Counted from the first letter of the stretch, positions 25,810 through 36,076 are shown. The stretch is DNA of 55,492 nt from a virus (IMGVR_UViG_3300010373_000056:1-55492), one strand, 5' to 3'. Notes: generated from the letters alone by a model not told the origin. Numbers and translations: made by a program.

Positions 25810-26171
25810 GCCGGAAGCCCCCCGCCGGAAAGGGGCGGTGTCTTGGTGACCATGCCCTTGATCTCGTGGACAGTGCGGGAGAGTTCTTCGACGCCCTTGG
25901 TCGTCTCGGCGAGGTGCTCGGCCTGGGACACCTGCGATTGGCGCAGTTGGACGTGCGACTCTTCGAGCTTGCCGACGCGCTCCACGACTCCGGGGCGTGC
26001 CGGGACGCCTGGACGGGCGGGTTCGCCGAGCAGGTCGTCGCGCAACTGGTCGACGCCTCGGGCTATGCGCCACAGAGAGCGGGCGGAGGCGATGACGAGC
26101 CCGCCGATGGCGGAGATGGTCACTACGGCGGCAGCGACGAACTCCGTGTTGGAGGCCAGCGAGGAACTCAT
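25806..26171 (-). CDS. Lysis-region membrane protein
   Basis: One TM, then DDLLGEPARPGVPARPGVVERV coiled coil. Confidence 0.65.
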   Translation of the reverse strand: MSSSLASNTEFVAAAVVTISAIGGLVIASARSLWRIARGVDQLRDDLLGEPARPGVPARPGVVERVGKLEESHVQLRQSQVSQAEHLAETTKGVEELSRTVHEIKGMVTKTPPLSGGGLPA

Positions 26172-26238
26172 ACGCAACTCCATGGCGATTTCGGGGGTGT
26201 GAGTTGGACGGCCCTGTTTGCCTGTTGTCCGGTTCGTG

Positions 26239-26763
26239 CTAGGCGTGCATCCACATGATTCGCATGCCTGCCGTGAGCGTGGTGAGCGAGCCGCCCGTGG
26301 ACTGGTAGCCCAGCGTCTCGATGTAGTCGCCGACGTTGAGGAACGCCAGGTGCGCCGTGGTGAGCGCGGTGAACCCGATCGACCCGGAGGGCACCGTCGA
26401 CTGGGTGTTGGTGATGATGCCGCCGCCGTTGATCTGGAAGCCGACCGACCGCTGCCCCGCACCCGCGTTGGAGCCGAAGTTCACGGTCGCCAACGCCAGG
26501 TAGTAGCCGGAGACGACAGCGGTGTACCGGGAGTTGTTGACGGTCGTCGAGTGACCTGAGTAGGTGTCGATGACGTTCGTGTCAAAGGCGATGGGCGTGA
26601 ACGTCGTGGAGGTGAGCGACTGCCCGGTGCCCTGCGTCGTCAGGCAGAGGGGCACGTTCAACAGGAAGTTGAGGCCATCGCGGAGGTTGGAGTTCAGGAG
26701 CGCGGCGGTCGCGAGGTCGTTGGTCGACCAAGTGCGCTCGATGGGGACAGGCAGGTTGGACAA
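26239..26763 (-). CDS. Minor tail protein (C1q-like fold)
   Basis: LATAALLNSNLRD...SRYTA..SGYY...LNVGDYIE. Confidence 0.7.
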   Translation of the reverse strand: MSNLPVPIERTWSTNDLATAALLNSNLRDGLNFLLNVPLCLTTQGTGQSLTSTTFTPIAFDTNVIDTYSGHSTTVNNSRYTAVVSGYYLALATVNFGSNAGAGQRSVGFQINGGGIITNTQSTVPSGSIGFTALTTAHLAFLNVGDYIETLGYQSTGGSLTTLTAGMRIMWMHA

Positions 26764-26772
26764 GTCCGTCTC

Positions 26773-29742
26773 CTAGTAGCCGCAGATGGTCGAGACGCCC
26801 ACGGTGCAGAGCGAGTCGAGAGCGCCGGCAGGGTTGATGTAGGGGGCGAGCGCGGCGGAAACCTGGCTGTAAGTCAGCCCATAGGCCGAGTAGTAGCCGC
26901 CGATGTCCTGGACGGTGGAGTTGATGGCGTGGACGAACCGGAACCCGGTGCCGGTCGCCCCGGTGTCCAGCCGCATGCAGGTGCCGACGGTCAAGGTGGC
27001 CGTCGAGTAGCCGAGCGTCGTCGTGGGGACGGCCGTGATGGTGATCAGCTCCGCCTGCGCGGTTCCGTAGCCGACGATCCAGAAGTACTGGTCCCCGGCG
27101 CGGGAGATGTTCGCCGCGAGGACGTTCGTCGCCGCGTCAGCCAGCGCGTCGATGACCAGCGACGTGCCGTTGACGGTGGTCGCGGTGTGGACGTTGAGCC
27201 GGGTCGAGCCGACCGTCCAGTAGCTCAGGGTGCCCTGCGGGGATATCTGCAGCGTGCAGGAGGCGTTTCCCTGGTCGTCGTTCGTCCAGCCGATCTGCTC
27301 CACGAACCCCGGGTAGGAGATCGCTTGAGCGCCTGCCGGGCGTCGGTTGACCTGCACCAGGAGCCCGAGCTCCATCTGGAGCATCTCGGTCCACGCCAGG
27401 GACGCCGCTGCGCCGCTCTCGGTGTAGGACGAAACGGGGATAGTGATGGACTGCAGTCGCTGCTTGGGGGCCTCGTAGCGCTGCACCAGGAACGTGGCCG
27501 CGTCGTCCACTTCGAGCAGGTTGAGGGTGTTGACGTTGCGCTGGATCTGGATGTCGCCGTAGTTGGCGAACGCCGTCGAGTTGGGGTCGATGTAGCGGAC
27601 CACGGACCCGGTCGGGGTCTGGGTCAGTTGGGCGTCTGTGGTGATCTGCAGCGGGTCGTAGGCGAACGCGGCGGGGTTGTAGTGGACCTCGCCGTTGTTC
27701 TCGCCGAACGTGGTGGCCGCCGTGGTCAGGTTGTAGCGGGCGCGTCGGCCTTTGAGGGTGATCGCGCCGTTGCGGGCGACGTAGTCCATGCCGTTCTCGG
27801 TGTCGACCACGGTCTGCAACGCGGAGACGACGTCGGTGCCGGTCTGGTCGCGGGAGGCGAGCAGCTCGGTCGCGGGTCCGTAGGTGACGGTCGAGCCCGT
27901 CAGGTAGTTGTCCTCGGCTTGCGAGCCGTTCCATTGCGCCCAGCGGAGGATGTCGGCGAACCGCGAGGCTGAGGATGCCGTGCCGAGCCCGGAGCCGCCG
28001 TAGCGGAACGTGGAATAGAGCAGCGACACCTGCGCGGCGGACAGCGCCACCGACAAGCCGCCGACGTAGGCGAGGTCTCCGGTGTAGCCGGACTGGATCG
28101 TCTGACCCGGGTAGACCTCGGCCCCGAGGAACTCGACCCCCGGGTAGGAGCAGTTGATGCGCAGATCCGACGCGGAGGTGACCGGGGTGAGCGCCGACCC
28201 GTCGTAGTAGCCGGTGATCGTCTTGCCGTCCGACGCGCAGGTCACAATCGCCAGGTGCCAGTAGCCGTCGAGCACCGATATGGAGCTGGACAGGCTGATC
28301 GTGTTGAACGTCGAACTGCCGAAGTTGTTGATGGAGAACTGCAGGTCGCCCTGGAACGACCCGCCGATGGCGAGGGTGTAGCCGGAGAACCCCACGGTGG
28401 GGTCGCCGGGCGCGAACGCCCCCCAGATGCCCTGGCCTTTCGCAGCGGGAGATCCGACGGGGGCGCGGAACGCCCAGATGCGGGTCCAGGCGCTGTTCGA
28501 CGGCGGGCCGACTTGCGAGCCTGCGTCGCCGAGGTCGAGGACGGTCGCTCCCCCGGTGCCGTAGTTGGCGAAGGTGGCGACCGGTCCGCCGATGCCCCGA
28601 GGCGGGTAGGCGTCCGACCAGTCGCCCTTCGGCGCGTTGGTCCCGCCGAGCGTGGTGCCGACGACCCCGGACCCGCCCGACTGGATGTCTTGGAATGTGA
28701 TCGGATTCTGGTTGCTGGTGGCGTCCACCACCGACGACGCGGTCTGCGGCTCGTCGAGGAAATAGGCGAACGTCGGACTCAGCACGAGCAACTCGTGATA
28801 GGCCGGGGAGTGCAGCTTCTGGTTGGCGAACCACCCGAAGGCGTCGATGATCGAGACCGTGGTGAGCCCGTTGGTGCCGCCGTCGGTCCAGGTCTGCGGG
28901 AACTGCTGGATGTAGCCGGTGAAGATCGGGTACCACGGTCCCGGGGTGGCGTAGGTGGCGAGGGATCCCGCGTTGACCTGCACCTTCGACGTCGACAAGG
29001 TGGCGGACGCCGAGCCGGACACGAGCAGCAGGCCGAGCTCGAGGCCGATGATGTTCGTCGGGGTCGTGTAGTTCGAGGAGACGACCTGTGGCGAGCCGGA
29101 TGCGGTGACCGTCGAGCCGACTGCGCCTGTGGTGGTCGTGGTGCCGTTGGTGAACGTGGTCCGCCAGATCACCTGGACGACGCACGAGGCGGTCGAGGTG
29201 ACTGTGACCTGCCCGGTGTAGTTCGTGCCCGGGGCGAACGAGAACCCGGAGAACCACATGAGCTGCGTGTTGGCCGCCGGGGACGAGGGAATCGCCGAGG
29301 TGTAGTGCCCGGAGCCGTCCGTGGACAGCGCGTAGCTCGCGCCCTGGCTGACATAAGCGGGAAGAACCCCGGCGGCCAGAGTGGTGGAGACGCCGAAGTC
29401 GTCGTAGGTGGTCACGCCTGCGGTGGCCTGGGACGCGGTGAGCCGGTTGACGGTCGCCGGATATTGCGCCCGCTTGCGGTACCCCCGGTAGGGCAGCACC
29501 AGCGGGTAGAACTGGGAGCTGGTGTTGTCCGGGTTGAACGCGCCATCGGCGTTGCGGAGCGTGAGCGTGCCCGTGCCGGTCTGGGTCTGGGCCTTCTCGT
29601 ACTGCCTGCCCCGGGTGACCGTGGCGGAGCCTTGGGTGCGGCTGGTGACGTCGACCCATGTCTTCGGGTTGGGCGTCGAGGTGGGCGTGTTCAGGAAGGA
29701 GATAGCTTCTTCCCAGTTTGGCCAGTTTGGGTTGGTGCTCAA
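26773..29742 (-). CDS. Large minor tail / hub protein with CBM and LamG-like domains
   Basis: WVDVT...TRGRQ...GTLTLRNADGAF; DGYWHLAIVT LamG; G.DYVARNGAI. Confidence 0.8.
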   Translation of the reverse strand: MSTNPNWPNWEEAISFLNTPTSTPNPKTWVDVTSRTQGSATVTRGRQYEKAQTQTGTGTLTLRNADGAFNPDNTSSQFYPLVLPYRGYRKRAQYPATVNRLTASQATAGVTTYDDFGVSTTLAAGVLPAYVSQGASYALSTDGSGHYTSAIPSSPAANTQLMWFSGFSFAPGTNYTGQVTVTSTASCVVQVIWRTTFTNGTTTTTGAVGSTVTASGSPQVVSSNYTTPTNIIGLELGLLLVSGSASATLSTSKVQVNAGSLATYATPGPWYPIFTGYIQQFPQTWTDGGTNGLTTVSIIDAFGWFANQKLHSPAYHELLVLSPTFAYFLDEPQTASSVVDATSNQNPITFQDIQSGGSGVVGTTLGGTNAPKGDWSDAYPPRGIGGPVATFANYGTGGATVLDLGDAGSQVGPPSNSAWTRIWAFRAPVGSPAAKGQGIWGAFAPGDPTVGFSGYTLAIGGSFQGDLQFSINNFGSSTFNTISLSSSISVLDGYWHLAIVTCASDGKTITGYYDGSALTPVTSASDLRINCSYPGVEFLGAEVYPGQTIQSGYTGDLAYVGGLSVALSAAQVSLLYSTFRYGGSGLGTASSASRFADILRWAQWNGSQAEDNYLTGSTVTYGPATELLASRDQTGTDVVSALQTVVDTENGMDYVARNGAITLKGRRARYNLTTAATTFGENNGEVHYNPAAFAYDPLQITTDAQLTQTPTGSVVRYIDPNSTAFANYGDIQIQRNVNTLNLLEVDDAATFLVQRYEAPKQRLQSITIPVSSYTESGAAASLAWTEMLQMELGLLVQVNRRPAGAQAISYPGFVEQIGWTNDDQGNASCTLQISPQGTLSYWTVGSTRLNVHTATTVNGTSLVIDALADAATNVLAANISRAGDQYFWIVGYGTAQAELITITAVPTTTLGYSTATLTVGTCMRLDTGATGTGFRFVHAINSTVQDIGGYYSAYGLTYSQVSAALAPYINPAGALDSLCTVGVSTICGY

Positions 29743-29757
29743 ACCGGCCTCCTGAAT

Positions 29758-30252
29758 CTATTGGCGCTTGGCGGCCATCCGCTTGACGTGCCGGGCATGG
29801 GCGGTGGCTGCATCGCAGGCGCGACAACGACGGCTACGGCCGACCACGATGTAGGTGTTCGCCTCATCGAAGAGGTGGCCCTTGTTGCAATGCGTTTTGC
29901 GGGCGTTGTATTGGGTTCCGTGTCGGATCGAGTCTTGGACGTTCTCGCTCTGCGTCCCGTACTGAAGGTTGACGAGCGCATTGTTTGACTGATCGCCGTC
30001 GAGGTGTCGGGCAACAAGGTCATTGGGTTCGCCCACAAATGCCAGCAGGACGAGTTGATGCACTCGCCGGTCGTGCTGGCGTCCCTCATGGTGGAGGCAG
30101 ACCTTCAAGTAGCCCTTTTTGTCACGCACAAGGCGCAGGATTCGCGGCTTAGCGGGGTCGGCGAGGTGGTACCAAGAGCGAATCCGCCCCTCGTTGCTGG
30201 CTTCGTACATTGGGAAGCCGGGGATCGGACGCCATTGCTCTGCAATACTCAC
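29758..30252 (-). CDS. NUMOD4-HNH homing endonuclease
   Basis: EQWRPIPGF..YEASNEGRIRS; VHQLVLLAF; RHLDGD..NN...NL.YGT.SEN; KTHC..GH. Confidence 0.9.
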   Translation of the reverse strand: MSIAEQWRPIPGFPMYEASNEGRIRSWYHLADPAKPRILRLVRDKKGYLKVCLHHEGRQHDRRVHQLVLLAFVGEPNDLVARHLDGDQSNNALVNLQYGTQSENVQDSIRHGTQYNARKTHCNKGHLFDEANTYIVVGRSRRCRACDAATAHARHVKRMAAKRQ

Positions 30253-30347
30253 GGGAGCCTGCCTTCTCGGTGAAGTCGAGTGGTGGGTCAGGCACCACGA
30301 CGGAGTTAGCGCTCCTCGTGGTGCCGCTCTATTCTACCGAGTTTCCC

Positions 30348-31322
30348 TTACGCATAAGTGCCCGATGTGACCTGGTTCTTCAGCACGATCTGGATGGGCG
30401 ACAGTCCGCCTGACGCGCCGACGTCGGTCGAGTTCGCGTCCGCTTTCCAGTCGACCGTCATGAGCATGTATTTGTTGCCCTGGTAGCCACGGTCGACGTT
30501 GGTCAAGATCACGTCCGAGCAGCGCCACTTCACCTGCTGGGCGGACGCCCCCGCGCCTTGCGCGTAGGTGGCCTCCATCGACGTCTGACTGCCCGCCGTA
30601 TAAGCCGCCCGGAGGGCGTCGGACTCCAGCAGGAGCACCCACGTCCCCGTGACGGAGACGACGCCCCGCAAGTACATGTAGGGCTGTTGGGAGCCGTCCA
30701 CGTTCCGCAACGGAGTCACGACCCGAGTGATCGTCACCGAGGAGGAGAGGACGCCCGTGACAGGGGACCCGCCGATCTTCGGCGACCCGACCCACGCGGG
30801 CATCAGGCCCACGCTGGTGTAGTTGGTGGACGGTGTCGTCGTGGTGACGGCGTTGAGCCCGACCGTCTGCGCCGACCACGTCAGCGCGTTGGAGGCCGAC
30901 GCGGTCAGCGTGCACGTCGTGAACACCGACCCGGGCCAGCGCAGCGACTGCACCGGGTCGAAGGTGGAGATCGTGTACGACGGCGGCTGCAGAGTGCCCG
31001 AGTTCAATAGGGCCATCGTCGTCGTGACCGGGCCGGACCCCGACGCCACGACGTCACCGAGCAACCCAGCGAGCGGGAAGCCGATGGTGTCGGCGTGGAC
31101 GTTCCCGCCGAGCGCCACCGTGGACCCGAGAGGGCCTTGGGCGTGCCCGAACGAGTCCCCCGGGGAGGTGCGCCACCCGGTGTCCGGGATGACGCCGTGC
31201 GTGTCGTCGGGGTTGGGGCCGATGACCGGGATCGAGTAGGACGGGGAGACGCCTGTGCCGAAGGTGGTCTCTTTGCCGATGCCGACCTGGACGGCCGAGA
31301 CCGGATAGATCGGGGCGGTCAC
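30348..31322 (-). CDS. Second tail-tube-like protein (possible distal tail protein)
   Basis: Paralogous to 35099..36076: GIGKE.T.GT, G.R.SP, LLNS...QPPSYT, DA.STD..ASGG.SP. Confidence 0.75.
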   Translation of the reverse strand: MTAPIYPVSAVQVGIGKETTFGTGVSPSYSIPVIGPNPDDTHGVIPDTGWRTSPGDSFGHAQGPLGSTVALGGNVHADTIGFPLAGLLGDVVASGSGPVTTTMALLNSGTLQPPSYTISTFDPVQSLRWPGSVFTTCTLTASASNALTWSAQTVGLNAVTTTTPSTNYTSVGLMPAWVGSPKIGGSPVTGVLSSSVTITRVVTPLRNVDGSQQPYMYLRGVVSVTGTWVLLLESDALRAAYTAGSQTSMEATYAQGAGASAQQVKWRCSDVILTNVDRGYQGNKYMLMTVDWKADANSTDVGASGGLSPIQIVLKNQVTSGTYA

Positions 31323-33907
31323 CGGCTCGGGGTGGGCTGGCCGGAGAAGACGCTATTCACGAAGCCCGGGCCGTGGCTGTTCGTCAACTGCTGGACGCTG
31401 GAGACGATCGCCTGCTGCAGACCTTGCTGGTCGAGCAGGGAGCCTTGCACGGTGAAGTTGTAGGTGTTGCTGACCATGCCGCCACTAACGCTCGCCGTGG
31501 CAGGAGAGACCGTGGCTTGAGCCGAGCCCCTGGCGATCGCGGCGATGACCCGGGGGTCGACCGGCTGCGAGCCGGAGAGCATCGCGTTGGACAGCACGTA
31601 CTCGTTGCCGTGGGCGATGATCGGCACCGGGCCGGTGCCTGGCACGAAACCGCCGTCCGCGAAAATGCCGCCGATGGCCGACAATCCTGAGCTGATACCG
31701 CCCGTGATCTTGCCGATCGCCCCAGTGACCCCGCCGACCGCGTCTTTGATCGTGTTGATGATGGGACGAATGAAATCCCACACGGCCTTGACCGCGTTGC
31801 CCATGCCGTTCCAGACGGCGTGCCAGACGTCCTCGAGGCCCTGCGCTTCGAGCTTGAGCGGCTCGATGGCCAGCGTCTTGATGGCGTTCCAGACGTCGAG
31901 GATGACGTCTTTAGCGCCTGAGACCACGGACTTGATCCCCGACCAGGCCGACGACCACACGGACTCGGCCACTTTGACTTCGGCCTTCATCGGGGCCATG
32001 AACACGGTCTCGATCAGGTCCCAGGCGGCCTTGAAGAAACCGACGACGTCGTTCCAGAGGGCGGAAAAGAAGCCGCTCACGGCGGACCAGTGTTGGTAGA
32101 TCAGCAGAGGCAGGCCGATAAACGGCGCGACGGCAACGAGGATCAACGGCCCCCACTGCTTGAGGAAGCCCCAGATGTCGTTGAAGATGCCGATGATGAA
32201 GTTTTTGGCCGCTTCGGCGGCGGACTTGATCGCGCTCCACACGGTGGTCCAGTGCTCGTAGAGTTCGTAGATCCCGGCGGCGAGCAACGCGGCGGCGGCC
32301 ACGAGCGCGATGATGGGCGCGGCGGCTATCAGGGTCTCGGCGGCTGCGATGGCCATGGCGCTGGCCCAGGCGTAGATCGCAGGCACGAAGACGGCGACGA
32401 TCCCAGCGGCGACCGCAAGGATCAGGCCCTTGTGCTCCTTGGCCCAGTTGGCCCACTGAACGCCGACCTTGATGACCTGGGTGATGATCGGAATCAGCTT
32501 CTCGCCGATCGTGATGAACATGGCCTGCAGCCCGGCTTTGGCCTGGTCGACCTGGAAGCCGAAGTCTTTGGTCGTCTCCGACCAGCCCTGGACATTGCCC
32601 TTGGCGTCGGTCGTCGCGCCGGAGATGTTCTTGACGTTGTTGGCGAACGTGGCCGCGTTGGTGCCCGTCAGGGCGAGGGCCGTGTTCATGCCGGTCGCGC
32701 CGCCCGTGACCCCGGCGAGGGCGGCGGAGAACGTCTCCGCGTCCGGGCCGCCTGTCTTGATCAGGTCATTGAAGCCCTGCCCTCGCTGGATGGTGGCCGC
32801 GAACTGCTGGGCGAGCTGCTTCTGGTCGGTGGTCATGCCCTTGAGCGCGGTCCGCCACTGGGTGCTGGTCAGCTGCCCGTTCATGAACGAGGTGGCGATC
32901 TTCTGCATCGACGCAGGCATGGCGGCGAGCTCGGTCTTGGCGTCGGCGGCGGCGGTTTGGGACTTCTTGAAAGTGTCCTCGATGACCGTTCCGGCTGGAC
33001 CCATGTGCTGCGTGATCGCCTGCACGAGGGTGTCCATGGTACCGGTCAGGCCGTTCTTGCCGAGGTTCTGGGCGACCGTGAGGGAGTTGAGGCCGAGGGC
33101 CTGCATGGCTGCGGTCTGGGCCTCACTGGGGGCCTGTAGGGACCGGATGGTGCCCGCGAGGTCCTGGGACGCCTGCTGGGCGGAGATGCCCTCTCCGGTC
33201 ATGGTGGCCATCGCGCCGAGCACTTGGTCGAGCCCGACCCCGGCGGCCTTGGCGGAGGGCAGCACGTTGGACAGCGAGCCGGACAGGTCCTGCATCGTGG
33301 TCTTGCCGGAGGCGACGGTCTCGACGAGCTTCGACGTGGTGGCCGCCGCTTGGGACGCGGGGATCGCGTAGTCGACCATGGCCGTGGTGAGGCCGTTGGC
33401 GACGACAGTGGCGTCCGCGCCGCCGATCTTCGCGCCCTCGGCCGCCGCCTTCATGACCGTGAGTCCGTCGGCGGCGTGGAACCCGGCGGACTCGACCGTG
33501 AACATCGACTTGGCCAGAGCGTCCGGTCCAATGCCGACAGCGGGAGCCATCTTCAGCAGGCCGTCAGAGACCATCTTGATCTTGTCGGCCGACTCGCCTG
33601 CGCCCGTGACAAGCTGGGTCGTCAAAGTGTCATAGGCGGTGGCGGACTTGATGGCCTCGAAGCCGATGGCGGCGACGCCCACGGCAGCTCCGGCGACGGC
33701 TAGCTTGACCGCGCCGCTCATCTTGGACAACGCCGCGCCGGAGGCTGAGGACGATTTCGCCGAGGACGCCTCGACTTCTGCGGCTGCAGTGTCCGCCTCA
33801 GTTGCGGTGGCTTTCAGGTCCGTGCGGGCCGTGGCCAGCTTCGCTGAGAGATCCGTGGTGTTGGCCAGGAAGGTGGCGACGACTGGGGGAAGGAGACTGC
33901 CCGCCAT
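31319..33907 (-). CDS. Tape measure protein (TP901-like core)
   Basis: 862 aa, Ala-rich, Trp-periodic repeats, FADGG. Confidence 0.92.
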   Translation of the reverse strand: MAGSLLPPVVATFLANTTDLSAKLATARTDLKATATEADTAAAEVEASSAKSSSASGAALSKMSGAVKLAVAGAAVGVAAIGFEAIKSATAYDTLTTQLVTGAGESADKIKMVSDGLLKMAPAVGIGPDALAKSMFTVESAGFHAADGLTVMKAAAEGAKIGGADATVVANGLTTAMVDYAIPASQAAATTSKLVETVASGKTTMQDLSGSLSNVLPSAKAAGVGLDQVLGAMATMTGEGISAQQASQDLAGTIRSLQAPSEAQTAAMQALGLNSLTVAQNLGKNGLTGTMDTLVQAITQHMGPAGTVIEDTFKKSQTAAADAKTELAAMPASMQKIATSFMNGQLTSTQWRTALKGMTTDQKQLAQQFAATIQRGQGFNDLIKTGGPDAETFSAALAGVTGGATGMNTALALTGTNAATFANNVKNISGATTDAKGNVQGWSETTKDFGFQVDQAKAGLQAMFITIGEKLIPIITQVIKVGVQWANWAKEHKGLILAVAAGIVAVFVPAIYAWASAMAIAAAETLIAAAPIIALVAAAALLAAGIYELYEHWTTVWSAIKSAAEAAKNFIIGIFNDIWGFLKQWGPLILVAVAPFIGLPLLIYQHWSAVSGFFSALWNDVVGFFKAAWDLIETVFMAPMKAEVKVAESVWSSAWSGIKSVVSGAKDVILDVWNAIKTLAIEPLKLEAQGLEDVWHAVWNGMGNAVKAVWDFIRPIINTIKDAVGGVTGAIGKITGGISSGLSAIGGIFADGGFVPGTGPVPIIAHGNEYVLSNAMLSGSQPVDPRVIAAIARGSAQATVSPATASVSGGMVSNTYNFTVQGSLLDQQGLQQAIVSSVQQLTNSHGPGFVNSVFSGQPTPSR

Positions 33908-33923
33908 GGCGTGCTCCTTCCGG

Positions 33924-34364
33924 TCAGATGTTGAGCGCCGCGCCGAATTCCTCGGCCTGAATGGCGGAGAACTTCTCGCCCAGCGCGTCCTGCGTCGGCT
34001 TGACGTACGGGCGTGCGGGCAGCGTCGTGGCGTGTCCGCGCCCGGTTTGGCCGCCGAGCTCTTGAATGCGGGAGTAGACCGTCGTGGGTCCGCTGCGCCC
34101 GGACCACAGGCCAGGGCCGGAGGCGGTCGGCGACTCGGAAAGAACGCTTCGGGCCAAGGTCCCGGACACCTTCGATGGGACTCCGCCGGGCGGCGAGTTC
34201 GTCGGCGTGCCCCGTTGGTGGGCTTGCGCCGACAATGCCGTTTTCAGCCCGGCCTCGAACGCGACCTGCGACCGGGTGACGATCCGCTTCCCCGCATTGT
34301 CCGCTGCCGCCACGATCGCGGACAGGGCGGCGTCAAGGCCGGAGACGTCCATTCCACCGGGCAT
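33924..34364 (-). CDS. HK97 gp10-like neck / tail-completion protein
   Basis: SGTLARS...YSRIQELGG...LPARPYVKP. Confidence 0.7.
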   Translation of the reverse strand: MPGGMDVSGLDAALSAIVAAADNAGKRIVTRSQVAFEAGLKTALSAQAHQRGTPTNSPPGGVPSKVSGTLARSVLSESPTASGPGLWSGRSGPTTVYSRIQELGGQTGRGHATTLPARPYVKPTQDALGEKFSAIQAEEFGAALNI

Positions 34365-34367
34365 GGG

Positions 34368-34568
34368 TCACCTCTGCTGAGCGGCCTGCTTGCGTTGGAG
34401 TTCGGCCTGGACTTCCTCGTCCATCCGCATGAACGCGGTCCACCAGTCGGCGCGATGGGCGGGCATGTCCTCGTAGGAGGAGCAGTAAGGGATACCGAAC
34501 TTTTCGCAGAGCTTGTACTCGCTGTAGAGGTCGGACAGATCTTGATCGACTCGGGTCTCTACGCCCAA
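34368..34568 (-). CDS. Tail assembly chaperone, C-terminal (GT) ORF
   Basis: Follows the TAC; its -1 frame is open over the TAC 3' end. Confidence 0.55.
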   Translation of the reverse strand: MGVETRVDQDLSDLYSEYKLCEKFGIPYCSSYEDMPAHRADWWTAFMRMDEEVQAELQRKQAAQQR

Positions 34569-34579
34569 CCGAGCTTGCT

Positions 34580-35065
34580 TCAGTCGGACGAGTCGCCAGT
34601 AGGGTCCGTCTCGTTCGGTACCAGACTTTCGGGCTCGTCGGTCTTGATCCGCATGCCGGCCATCACCGCGTCCGCATACGGCTTCGCCACGGCAAGAATG
34701 GGCGCATACTCCACTTCGGTCATCTCATCGAACGTTTCCAGAGAAACCGGCTTGCCGAGCGACCATCGCGCTATCGCGACGACGAGCGCAACCTGCTCCA
34801 GTTGGAGCATGCGGTCCAACTCATCATCGGTCAGAGGCGGGTCGGCCTTCGCTTCCTTGATCGCCTCTGCGCGCTGCTCCTCCGTGGGCTGCTCGCCTTC
34901 GGGAAGGTTCAGTTTTGCCAGTTCGAGCTTCTGCGCGTCTTCCATGCGCTGCATGGCGCTCGATAGCGAGGAGAAGAACACGCCGACTTTGCGTCTGTGC
35001 TTGATGGTGATCTCGTGCGGCTCGCGCAAGTCGAGCCAGCCGCCGTCGAACGTCTCGTGCTTCAT
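34580..35065 (-). CDS. Tail assembly chaperone
   Basis: Lies between tail tube and tape measure; acidic; ends DPTGDSSD. Confidence 0.7.
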   Translation of the reverse strand: MKHETFDGGWLDLREPHEITIKHRRKVGVFFSSLSSAMQRMEDAQKLELAKLNLPEGEQPTEEQRAEAIKEAKADPPLTDDELDRMLQLEQVALVVAIARWSLGKPVSLETFDEMTEVEYAPILAVAKPYADAVMAGMRIKTDEPESLVPNETDPTGDSSD

Positions 35066-35098
35066 TCCGTGCTCCCCATGATTGGCCGTGCGCTAGGA

Positions 35099-36076
35099 CT
35101 AGAACGCGGCAGATACCGCATTCGTGGTGACGAACTTGACCGGGGCAAACCCGGACGAGGCGTCGGTCGAGTTGGACGCGGCTTCCACGTTGCAGGTCAC
35201 CTGGACGTAGTTCTTGGAGCGGTCGTAGACCGAGGACTCCAGCTGCGCCTTGGTCATCTGCACGAGCATCGTGTGCGTCGAGGCCGGGTCGGTGAAGGTG
35301 AACGTGGTGGCCTGGAGGTTCTGCGTGGAGCCGAACGCGGCGGCGTAGATCGGGTCCGCCGTGACGGTCAGGAACGTGAACTTGCCGGTGACCTTGAGCG
35401 GGCCGGTGAAGATCGACCCGGGGGTCTGCTGGCTGATCACGGCGACGGCCTCGGTGGACCGCTCGAAGGTGAGCGACCCGCTGACCATCGTGGCGTTGCT
35501 GGATCCGCCGATGGACACGGCGCAGGACCAGGCCGGGATCAGCTTGTCCGTGGTCGCCCAGGTGCCGGTCGGGGTGGCGATGGTCGTGGGCGCGAATGCC
35601 ATGTATTTCGCGGTCCACTCGAGCGCGCCCGTAGTGGCGAAGTCGAGCTGCAGGGTGCCGATCTGCGCGCCGGTCAACTGCTGCGTGATGTAGCCGTTCA
35701 TGTCCTGCAACGTGTAGGACGGCGGCTGCGACCCGGTCGACGCGGAGTTGAGCAACGGCTGGGTGTGCGTGTACGGAGCGGCGGTGCCGGTGACGGTGTC
35801 GGTTCCGCCGAGCAGGGACTCGATCAGCGCCGGGAAGGTGTCCAGGTGGACGTCGCCCTTGGCGTCGAACTGGCCGTAGTTGGTGCCCGGCACGATGTCG
35901 TAGGTGGTGACCGGCGATCCGCGCATGCCCTCGTCGTTGAGGTACGTCTGGTTGTAGGTCGTGTTAGGCGACTTCACCGGGACGTAGACGTAAGTGGATG
36001 CGGCGGTGCCTCGGGTGCCTTCTTTGCCTACCCCGAGGAAGGACTGGTTCGTGGCGTAGAGAGTGGCGTCAGCCAT
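35099..36076 (-). CDS. Major tail tube protein
   Basis: FLGVGKE..RGT, DEGMRGS, QPPSYT; position after the tail terminator. Confidence 0.85.
   Translation of the reverse strand: MADATLYATNQSFLGVGKEGTRGTAASTYVYVPVKSPNTTYNQTYLNDEGMRGSPVTTYDIVPGTNYGQFDAKGDVHLDTFPALIESLLGGTDTVTGTAAPYTHTQPLLNSASTGSQPPSYTLQDMNGYITQQLTGAQIGTLQLDFATTGALEWTAKYMAFAPTTIATPTGTWATTDKLIPAWSCAVSIGGSSNATMVSGSLTFERSTEAVAVISQQTPGSIFTGPLKVTGKFTFLTVTADPIYAAAFGSTQNLQATTFTFTDPASTHTMLVQMTKAQLESSVYDRSKNYVQVTCNVEAASNSTDASSGFAPVKFVTTNAVSAAF

Noticed and set aside
19784-29742. Diversity-generating retroelement or invertible tail-fibre cassette
   Set aside because: No reverse transcriptase, no TR/VR pair differing at adenines and no invertase; the repeats are protein-level and vary at synonymous sites
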